A DNA stretch of 64,000 bases, from positions 41,471 to 105,470 of the forward strand of contig JBAZKH010000007.1 in the NCBI GenBank assembly GCA_041650935.1. Direction: 5' to 3'. Of this stretch, positions 56,595 to 64,000 are shown piece after piece. Within the stretch, counting starts at the first letter, position 1. Every line of letters begins with the position of its first letter. This DNA comes from Candidatus Omnitrophota bacterium. GTDB taxonomy: Bacteria > Omnitrophota > Gorgyraeia > 2-01-FULL-45-10. The notes beneath the pieces were generated by a model. The model was given only the letters and a program-made list of their open reading frames with translations. It was not told the origin of the DNA and ran no database searches. The position numbers and the translations under genes are program-made.

Positions 56595-56843
56595 AAGCTT
56601 CTTCATCAGGCGGGATATCTTCCTTGCCGCTGTATTCTTTTTGATCACGTCTTTTGAGGCGGCCTTATCCAATTTAGAAACGAGCAGGGATAATGCCTTC
56701 TTTGCCTCGTCGGTTTTGTTTGCCTTCACAAGGCTCTCGAAATCTTTAATGGATGTTCTCAGGTCCGATTTAGTCGAGATGTTCTTGAAGTGGCGTTTCT
56801 TGGCTTTTCGCAGTTCTTTATACGCAGTTCTTTCTCTTGGCAA
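56571..56843 (-). CDS. rpsT: 30S ribosomal protein S20
   Basis: KELRKAKKRH...NTAARKISRL S20 pattern. TTG start 7 nt after GGAGGT. Confidence 0.85.
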   Translation of the reverse strand: MPRERTAYKELRKAKKRHFKNISTKSDLRTSIKDFESLVKANKTDEAKKALSLLVSKLDKAASKDVIKKNTAARKISRLMKKLLPRGPKA

Positions 56844-56853
56844 TTGCTACCTC

Positions 56854-56958
56854 CGATTTGTTATTATCTAAGTCTGACAAATCGTCCCTAGGTGCACTAA
56901 CTTGAGTCCGGCACCGTGGGACTACCGTAATTTGTACTTAAGTCTGACAAATCGTCCC
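56854..56958 (-). repeat. hairpin leader elements (family C/D); the proximal copy abuts the rpsT Shine-Dalgarno sequence
   Basis: Minus-strand read GGGACGATTTGTCAGACTTAGATAATAACAAATCGGAGGT. A second unit lies 70 bp upstream with nested covarying inner stems. Confidence 0.6.
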
Positions 56959-57046
56959 GAGCTGCCGCTGTCTAACTCCAGCAGCGAGGGACTACTGTAA
57001 AGACAAAATTATATCACGTGAGTAATTTGAGGTCAACATTTTTTAT

Positions 57047-58579
57047 ATGAGTAAAAAGAGCCTGATACGATTTACGGGAATAATAGGTTTCGCCACGGCG
57101 ACGAGCAGGGCGCTGGGGTTCGTAAGAGATATCGTCATAGCGCGGTTCTTCGGTACGGCCATCTATGCCCAGGCGTTCGTTATAGCTTTCAGGATACCGA
57201 ACCTGCTGCGCGATCTTGTCGGCGAAGGCGCGACGAATTCGGCTTTTGTGCCTGTCCTGACGGACGAATTGACCAGGAAAGGCAGGAAAGATTTCTTTAA
57301 GCTTGCCCAGGTCATATTAAACATAATGTTCTGGGTCTTGTGTGTACTTACGCTTTTAGGCATACTCCTCTCGCCGCTGATCGTGCGGCTGATAGCCCCG
57401 GGCTTCGCCGCCGATATCGAAAAATTCGAAGTGACTGTGCGGCTCACAAGGATACTATTTCCGTTCCTGATCCTGGTCGGTTTATGGGCATACGCCATGG
57501 GGGTGCTGAATTCGCTCGGGATATTTGCCGCGCCCGCCTTCGGCCCCAGTGTCATGAACCTTTCCATGATAATATGCGCTTCGGCCTTCGGCGAAAACGT
57601 ATTCGGCCTTGCGGCAGGTGTCCTGGCAGGAGGATTTTTACAACTCGCAATACAGATAAAACCGCTGGTGCGCAGCGGCTGGCGGGCGCGCCTGACTAGG
57701 GAATTTACTCATCCGCAGGCGCGGCGGGTGGGGATGCTCCTCGTTCCCCGCGCGCTGGGCGCTTGCGTATATCAGGTCAACGTCTTTATCAGCACTATCC
57801 TTGCGTCGCTGTCGAGCATCGTCGGTGAAGGCGCCGTAGCCGCTTTATATTACGCCAACCGTGTATGGCAATTGCCGCTGGCGATATTCGGAATCGCTTT
57901 GGCGCAGGCCGCCCTTCCCATGATGTCCAGGCACGTCGCATTGAACGAAAAGGAAGATCTTAAAAAGATGCTGGCATTTTCTCTCAAGGTGCTCTTCTTC
58001 ATCCTCGTTCCTGCCACCGTCGGGCTCATGGTTCTGTGCGAGCCCATAACTCAGGTGCTTTTCCAGCGCGGCGCGTTTACGGCTTATTCGACGCGGATAA
58101 CGGCAACGGCGCTCTTTTATTATGCCGTAGGATTGATTGCCTGCGGCGGTATCAAGATCCTCGTAAATACGTTCTATTCGATGCACGATACCATGACTCC
58201 GGTGAAGACGGCGCTGGCTGCTTTAGTATTGAATATCGTGCTCAACGTGGTCCTGATGTTTCCCATGAAGCTTGGCGGGCTGGCCCTCGCCACTTCGGTA
58301 GCGGCATTTTTGAATTTCCTGATCTTATATGTGATCCTTGCAAGGCGTATAGGCGATTTTGGCACGGCATCGATCGCCGATACTTTCTTCAGGGTTTTGC
58401 TCGCAAGCCTCGTTATGGGCACGGTCTTAAGGCTTCTTATTGTGCGTATGCCTGATTTCACGTTCGTTTCGATAGGGATACTTATAGCCGCGGGGATAAC
58501 GGTCTTCCTGGGCTCAAGCTATCTTTTTGGGGTAAACGAGCTGAAGGAGTTCTTTGCGTGGATCTCAAGGCGAAAGTAA
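57047..58579 (+). CDS. murJ: lipid II flippase MurJ
   Basis: MurJ/MviN N-terminal signature RALGFVRD...FGT..YAQAF. Confidence 0.9.
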   Translation: MSKKSLIRFTGIIGFATATSRALGFVRDIVIARFFGTAIYAQAFVIAFRIPNLLRDLVGEGATNSAFVPVLTDELTRKGRKDFFKLAQVILNIMFWVLCVLTLLGILLSPLIVRLIAPGFAADIEKFEVTVRLTRILFPFLILVGLWAYAMGVLNSLGIFAAPAFGPSVMNLSMIICASAFGENVFGLAAGVLAGGFLQLAIQIKPLVRSGWRARLTREFTHPQARRVGMLLVPRALGACVYQVNVFISTILASLSSIVGEGAVAALYYANRVWQLPLAIFGIALAQAALPMMSRHVALNEKEDLKKMLAFSLKVLFFILVPATVGLMVLCEPITQVLFQRGAFTAYSTRITATALFYYAVGLIACGGIKILVNTFYSMHDTMTPVKTALAALVLNIVLNVVLMFPMKLGGLALATSVAAFLNFLILYVILARRIGDFGTASIADTFFRVLLASLVMGTVLRLLIVRMPDFTFVSIGILIAAGITVFLGSSYLFGVNELKEFFAWISRRK

Positions 58580-59997
58580 AGGCGCTGCCTCACTCACCCG
58601 GCGTATATATCATGAAGGATACGTTCGGCCGTGTGCTGTATGTTGGGAAAGCCGTTAACCTGCGTAAGCGGGTGTCGAGCTACTTCTATCCGCATCGCGC
58701 CCTTAATGAAAGACTGTCCCGGATGGTGCGGCTGGTCGCAGATATAGAATATATGTCTGCCGCGACCGAAGCCGAGGCGCTCATTTACGAGAATAGCCTG
58801 ATAAAGCAGCTTTCTCCTAAATATAATGTAGCCCTGCGCGATGACAAGAGCTACCCGCTCCTGAAACTTACCGTAAACGAAAAATTCCCGCGTCTTTTTA
58901 TAACAAGACGGAAAGCCGGCGACGGCGCGGTATATTACGGCCCGTATGCTAACGCGAAATTATTGAGGGAGGCTGTCTTGATCCTGAGGCAGATCTTTCC
59001 GCTGAGGACCTGCGGGAAATTGCCGAAAAAAGCATGCCTCAATTACCATATAAGGCAGTGCCTTGCGCCGTGCGTCGGGGGAGTGAGCGATTCGGAATAC
59101 GGTGAGATCGTCTCGGAGCTGAAGCTGTTCCTCGAAGGGCGCAGGACCGAGCTTTTAAAGCTTCTCACAGAAAGGATGACGGCGGCGTCCAGGGCGGAGA
59201 ATTTCGAGAGGGCCGCCCAATTGCGGGGAAGGATAGAAGCCTTGAGTTCGCTGAACAAGGATTCCGTCAGCTACAAACCTGCCGGACAGATCGAAGAACT
59301 GAGGCAGGTACTTGGAATTAAAGGCCCCCTGGATGTTATAGAGGCCTTCGACGTATCCAATATAATGGGTAAGGACGCGGTTGGTTCGATGATCTGTTTT
59401 TATAAAGGCAGGTCGCGAAAGAGTGAATATCGAAAATTCAAAATTTCGACCGTCAAAGGTATAGACGATTACGCTATGATGCGCGAAATAGTTTCGAGAA
59501 GGTACTCGAGGCTCCTTGAAGAGAAGGAGAGACTGCCGGATCTCGTGCTGATAGACGGCGGCAGGGGCCACCTGGCTTCCGCCGTGGGCGAGCTCGAAAA
59601 GCTGGGCCTTGCCGGCATCCCGGCGATAGGTATCGCGAAGCCTGCCCGCCCGACGGAACATCCTCGGACAGACGGGGAATTCGAACATATCTACCTTAAA
59701 GGGAGGCAGGACGCTATCGTTCTGCCTAAGGAATCGAAGGCCCTTCACCTTCTGGTCATGATAAGGGACGAGGCGCACAGATTTGCGATATCATATCATA
59801 AGAGCCTGACGTCTAAGAGGATGGGCGTTTCCCTCCTCGACGGGATAGGCTTGATCGGCGCGCGGCGTAAAGAAGCGCTATTAAAGCATTTTGGATCGTT
59901 CGACGACATAAAAAAAGCGAGCTTTGAAGAGCTCCTTACGGTAAGGGGGATGAATGAAGCCGCGGCGCGGAATATTATCGCTTATTTCAAAGGATAA
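58558..59997 (+). CDS. uvrC: excinuclease ABC subunit C (short form, 479 aa)
   Basis: GIY-YIG N-terminus (GVYIMKD...LYVGKA), endonuclease V-like region LIDGGRGHL, C-terminal HhH. Confidence 0.7.
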   Translation: MDLKAKVKALPHSPGVYIMKDTFGRVLYVGKAVNLRKRVSSYFYPHRALNERLSRMVRLVADIEYMSAATEAEALIYENSLIKQLSPKYNVALRDDKSYPLLKLTVNEKFPRLFITRRKAGDGAVYYGPYANAKLLREAVLILRQIFPLRTCGKLPKKACLNYHIRQCLAPCVGGVSDSEYGEIVSELKLFLEGRRTELLKLLTERMTAASRAENFERAAQLRGRIEALSSLNKDSVSYKPAGQIEELRQVLGIKGPLDVIEAFDVSNIMGKDAVGSMICFYKGRSRKSEYRKFKISTVKGIDDYAMMREIVSRRYSRLLEEKERLPDLVLIDGGRGHLASAVGELEKLGLAGIPAIGIAKPARPTEHPRTDGEFEHIYLKGRQDAIVLPKESKALHLLVMIRDEAHRFAISYHKSLTSKRMGVSLLDGIGLIGARRKEALLKHFGSFDDIKKASFEELLTVRGMNEAAARNIIAYFKG

Positions 59998-60322
59998 AAC
60001 CCTGACCGGTTTTGAAAAATCGGTATTAAAAGCGGCGCTCGATATACCTTCCGGCGAAGTCCGGACATATAAATGGGTGGCGGCCGCCGCAGGCGCTCCG
60101 GGAGCGTGCAGGGCCGCGGGTAATGTCTTAAATAAGAATCCGTATGCGCCTACGGTGCCGTGCCACCGGGTCGTCAGATCCGACGGCTCTATCGGCGGTT
60201 ATGCCAAAGGGGCAGGCTTAAAGAAGATGATGCTTGAAAAAGAGGGCGTAGTATTCTTGCCGGGAAAAGACCTCCTATCCGGCAAGGAATATTACCCGGC
60301 AAGAAAGACCTCGGCATCCTAA
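59954..60322 (+). CDS. MGMT-family protein (O6-alkylguanine-DNA alkyltransferase C-terminal domain)
   Basis: PCHRVV active-site motif. Confidence 0.6.
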   Translation: MKPRRGILSLISKDKTLTGFEKSVLKAALDIPSGEVRTYKWVAAAAGAPGACRAAGNVLNKNPYAPTVPCHRVVRSDGSIGGYAKGAGLKKMMLEKEGVVFLPGKDLLSGKEYYPARKTSAS

Positions 60323-60376
60323 TGAGAGATTGACTAAAGCCGGCGGGCATTGTTATAATGATCGAAAAGGTATGAA

Positions 60377-61487
60377 ATGATAGAAGGGCTTAGAGAAGAG
60401 CTAAAGGTATTAGAGGAGAAGTTCAGGAACCTCAGAGGTTATCTTTGACGTGGATAAAAAGGCCGGAAGGATCAGGTCTCTTGAGTCCGAAACGGCCAGA
60501 GAGGGTTTCTGGAACGATGAGGCGCGCTCTAAGGAGCTGTTTAAAGAGTTAAAAGAGCTCAAGTCCGACATAGAGCCGCTTCTGAAGCTGGAATCCGAAT
60601 TCAAGGATTTAAGCGACGTTATTTCCATTGCCGGGCCGGAAGATGCGGTATCGCTGGAGCATTTTAAGAAGGATCTCTCCGGGATAAGGAGCAGGCTGGA
60701 TACCCTGGAGTTCAGGACGCTCCTCGGCGATGAAGCCGATAAGTCCAATGCGATCCTGAGCGTGAATGCCGGCGCGGGCGGTACCGAATCCTGCGACTGG
60801 GCGGCAATGCTTCTCAGGATGTATGTCAAATGGGCCGAGGCGAAAGGTTTCCAGATTTCGGTGATAGACCAGCTTTCCGGGGAAGAAGCGGGCGTAAAGA
60901 ACGCGACGTTTATCATCAAGGGTGACTACGCTTACGGTTTTCTGAAGTCCGAGACGGGGGTACACCGCCTGGTCAGGATATCGCCGTTCGATTCCAACAA
61001 AAGACGTCACACTTCGTTTGCCTCCATAGATGTGATACCCGAAGTCTCCGACGATATCCAGCTCGATATAAAAGATTCGGAACTCAGGATAGACACTTAT
61101 CGCGCGGGCGGCAAGGGCGGGCAGCATGTCAATAAGACCGACTCCGCCGTCCGGATCACCCATATACCGTCGGGAATAGTGGTCCAGTGCCAGAACGAGC
61201 GCTCGCAGTTCAAGAACAGGGCGACGGCGATGAAGATACTCAAGGCGAAATTGTACGAGCGTCAGCGGCAGCAGAAGCGGCGGGAGCTCGAAAACGCTTA
61301 CGACGCGAAGAAAGAGATAGCGTGGGGCAGTCAGATAAGGTCATACGTCCTGCATCCTTATTCGATGGTCAAGGACCACAGGACGGGTTGCGAAACGCCC
61401 AAGGCGCAGGCCGTGCTGGACGGCGAGATAGACGAATTCATAGAAGCGTATTTAAAAAACGCAAAACAGAAGGCCTCGGGTAATTGA
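60377..61487 (+). CDS. prfB: peptide chain release factor 2, programmed +1 frameshift at CTT TGA C (60443-60449)
   Basis: Frame 0 encodes MIEGLREELKVLEEKFRNLRGYL then TGA. The +1 frame continues DVDKKAGRIRSLE through the SPF and GGQ motifs. Internal Shine-Dalgarno AGAGGT lies 3 nt before CTT. Confidence 0.9.
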
Positions 61488-61522
61488 AAGTGGATAGAGG
61501 ATAGGAGTGGCTGCTAAAATAG

Positions 61523-64000
61523 ATGATAAATTATATACTTAAAAAGATAGTCGGGACACAGAATGAGAGGGTGGTCAGGACCTTGAAGCCCGTCGTCGAC
61601 GAGATAAATTCGTTTGAGGCGAAGATAACTAAATTGTCCGACGCGGAATTAAAGGCGAAGACGGATGAGTTCAGGGCCAGGATAACGGACGCGCGCAAGA
61701 ATTACCAGGATGAGCTAAACAGCCTGGAAGAGTCCTTCAAAGAGTCGACGTCGCCCGATGAGAAAGAAAAAATAAAGCGTAAGGCCAGGGACGTAAAGAA
61801 CAAGATATTCGAGGGAGTACTGCCGGAAGCATTCGCGGTCGTGCGCGAAACCGCCAGGCGCACCATAAATATGAGGCATTTCGATGCCCAGCTTATGGGC
61901 GGCCTCGTCCTCCACCAGGGCAGGATCGCCGAGATGGCCACCGGAGAAGGAAAGACGCTTGTCGCGACGCTGCCGGTCTATCTGAACGCTCTCACGGGCG
62001 AAGGCGTCCATGTCGTTACCGTGAACGATTACCTGGCCAACAGGGATCGTCACTGGATGGGTCCGGTCTATGAATTCCTGGGGCTCACGATAGGAGTTAT
62101 ACAACATGATATGGACCAGAAAGCCAGGAAAAATGCCTATGCCTGCGATATCACTTACGGCACCAACAATGAATTCGGCTTCGACTATCTCAGGGACAAT
62201 ATGGTGGTGCACGCCGCCGATATGGTCCAGAGGCCGCTTAACTACGCGATCGTCGACGAAGTCGATTCCATACTCATAGACGAATCGCGCACCCCTCTTA
62301 TAATATCCGGGCCCGCGGAAGAGTCGACCGATAAATATTACATAATAAACAAAATAATCCCCAAGCTTAAAGGAAAAGTGATCACGGATAAGGAGGAGAT
62401 CGAGGCTAAGTATAAAGGGCTCGATCTGGAGAAGGGGATCGACTACGTCGTCAACGAAAAGAACCACACCGTGAACCTGACGGACGAAGGTGTTGTAAAG
62501 TGCCAGGAGCTTATAGGCGTAAAGAACCTGTACGATGACATACAGTCCGAATGGGAGCACCATATACGCCAGGCTATAAGGGCGCACGCCCTGTATAAGG
62601 CGGATGTCGACTACGTCGTCAAAGACGGGGAAGTGATTATAGTGGATGAATTTACTGGGAGGCTCATGCCGGGCAGGCGGTGGTCGGACGGCCTGCATCA
62701 GGCGGTGGAGGCCAAGGAAAGCGTTAAGATCGAGAGGGAGAACCAGACGCTCGCGACGATAACCTTCCAGAACTATTTCAGGATGTATAAGAAGCTGGCA
62801 GGCATGACGGGAACCGCCGAAACGGAGGCTGTCGAATTCGGGAAAATATACGGTCTCGATGTCGTTGTAATTCCCACCAACAGGCCGATGCGCCGGGCAA
62901 ATCATCCGGATGTTATATATAAGACCGAACGGGAAAAATTCAATGCCGTCTGTGCGGAGATAGCGGGGTTCTTCAAAGAAGGCAGGCCCGTTCTCGTCGG
63001 GACGATATCTATCGAAAAGTCGGAGCACCTTTCCGGTATATTGAAGAGGATGGGGGTTGCTCATCATGTACTGAACGCTAAATATCATGAGCAGGAAGCC
63101 CAGATCATCGCCAAGGCGGGCCAGCCGTACGCCGTGACGATCGCGACGAATATGGCAGGCCGCGGTACCGATATCGTGCTGGGCGAGGGCGTTGCCGAAA
63201 AGGGCGGACTGCATGTCCTGGGGACCGAACGGCACGAGGCGCGGCGCATAGATAACCAGCTGCGCGGCAGGTCCGGCAGGCAGGGCGATCCCGGCTCGAG
63301 CAGGTTCTATCTTTCGCTCGAAGACGACCTTATGAGGATATTCGGTTCCGACAGGATAAAGACGGTCATGGACAGGCTCGGTATGGAGGAAGGCCAGGAC
63401 ATCCAGCATCCATTTATCACAAAGGCCATCGAGACCGCGCAGAAACGCGTCGAACAGCATAACTTCGAGGTAAGAAAGCATCTCCTCGAATACGACAACG
63501 TGATGAACCGGCAAAGGGAAGTTATTTATGAAGAGCGCCGCAAGATCCTGCAGGGAGAAGACCTGAAAGACTATATCCATGAAGTCATGGAGGAAGTCCT
63601 CGATTACGCCCTGGATACATACCTCAATGACAAGGTGAGCGTCGATCAGTGGGATTTTGACGGTATAAGGCAATATCTCGAATCGAGGTTTGCCGTGAAG
63701 GCTAAAGATGCCAACCTGGAAGAGATGCGCAAGCCGGAGATAAGGGATGTCCTGTTGGAAGAGATGAAGAAGATTTACGATGAAAAAGAGCGCACTATGG
63801 GCCGGGATATGACGCGGTATATGGAGAAGATGATACTCCTTCAGGTGGTGGATTCGAAATGGAAAGACCATCTGTACGCTATGGATAGCCTTAAGGAGGG
63901 CATAGGATTAAGAGCTTATGGCCAGCGCGATCCCCTCGTTGAATATCAGCATGAGGCATACGCGATGTTCATGGATATGATAGACAGGATCAAAGAAGAG
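61523..64000 (+). CDS. secA: preprotein translocase SecA (3' end beyond window; absent from the ORF track)
   Basis: [23 protein letters not shown]...[17 protein letters not shown] (Walker A) open to the window end. The long antisense ORF at 61715-63871 is rejected. Confidence 0.9.
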   Translation, partial: MINYILKKIVGTQNERVVRTLKPVVDEINSFEAKITKLSDAELKAKTDEFRARITDARKNYQDELNSLEESFKESTSPDEKEKIKRKARDVKNKIFEGVLPEAFAVVRETARRTINMRHFDAQLMGGLVLHQGRIAEMATGEGKTLVATLPVYLNALTGEGVHVVTVNDYLANRDRHWMGPVYEFLGLTIGVIQHDMDQKARKNAYACDITYGTNNEFGFDYLRDNMVVHAADMVQRPLNYAIVDEVDSILIDESRTPLIISGPAEESTDKYYIINKIIPKLKGKVITDKEEIEAKYKGLDLEKGIDYVVNEKNHTVNLTDEGVVKCQELIGVKNLYDDIQSEWEHHIRQAIRAHALYKADVDYVVKDGEVIIVDEFTGRLMPGRRWSDGLHQAVEAKESVKIERENQTLATITFQNYFRMYKKLAGMTGTAETEAVEFGKIYGLDVVVIPTNRPMRRANHPDVIYKTEREKFNAVCAEIAGFFKEGRPVLVGTISIEKSEHLSGILKRMGVAHHVLNAKYHEQEAQIIAKAGQPYAVTIATNMAGRGTDIVLGEGVAEKGGLHVLGTERHEARRIDNQLRGRSGRQGDPGSSRFYLSLEDDLMRIFGSDRIKTVMDRLGMEEGQDIQHPFITKAIETAQKRVEQHNFEVRKHLLEYDNVMNRQREVIYEERRKILQGEDLKDYIHEVMEEVLDYALDTYLNDKVSVDQWDFDGIRQYLESRFAVKAKDANLEEMRKPEIRDVLLEEMKKIYDEKERTMGRDMTRYMEKMILLQVVDSKWKDHLYAMDSLKEGIGLRAYGQRDPLVEYQHEAYAMFMDMIDRIKEE

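Noticed and set aside
61715-63871. 718-aa ORF on the minus strand
   Set aside because: It is antisense to secA, whose plus-strand frame translates cleanly (Walker A, DEAD-like motifs) from 61523 to the window end. The antisense product is low-complexity nonsense. secA is missing from the ORF track only because it has no stop inside the window.
1-64000. CRISPR array
   Set aside because: The repeat families found are irregularly spaced, differ in length, and lack uniform spacers. No cas genes.

Overview
This 64-kb window reads as bacterial chromosome from a diderm organism (LptF/G-family, LptE-like, TpsB-type and MurJ genes). It is probably an uncultured lineage; many promoters sit only 7-12 nt from start codons, which suggests leaderless or very short-leader mRNAs. 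The left 6.2 kb looks like an integrated mobile element: a 5'-partial YhcG/DUF1016 PDDEXK nuclease, a 404-aa orphan, a SpoVG-like protein, a TOPRIM+AAA primase-helicase, an unannotated 59-aa AlpA/Xis-type HTH gene, and a tyrosine integrase ending 3 nt before tRNA-Lys(CTT), with tRNA-Gly(GCC) next. The rest is core genome: nitrogen-type PTS (ptsN, yvcK-like, ptsH, ptsI), metK and ahcY, a class-II-aldolase-like gene, an lptF/G-family permease, comF, malQ, and a HAD/aminotransferase/CapK-PaaK-like ligase/FemAB-like cluster. It continues with a TpsB-type outer-membrane transporter, an NSS (MetP/LeuT-like) transporter with an unannotated 34-aa MetS-like subunit, an rlmN-PEGA-GT2 operon, nrdJ with candidate NrdR boxes, hemW, gpmA, purH, folC, mnmE, folE, a PAP2-like gene, a LysM L,D-transpeptidase and accA. 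Further right are a lipoprotein/HAMP/HExxH operon, tRNA-Ala and tRNA-Leu on the minus strand, nfo, leuS, comEA-comEC, a PilZ protein, a BamD-like TPR protein with a repeat tail, lptE-holA, rpsT, murJ, uvrC, an MGMT-family gene, prfB with the canonical +1 frameshift site, and secA (3'-partial and absent from the ORF track). The most unusual signal is non-genic. Several families of short palindromic or hairpin elements recur in intergenic regions and show compensatory base changes. One family supplies a near-identical hairpin plus Shine-Dalgarno leader to both rpsT and a membrane-protein gene. An 18-bp perfect palindrome occurs once intergenically and as an in-frame tandem pair inside comEC.
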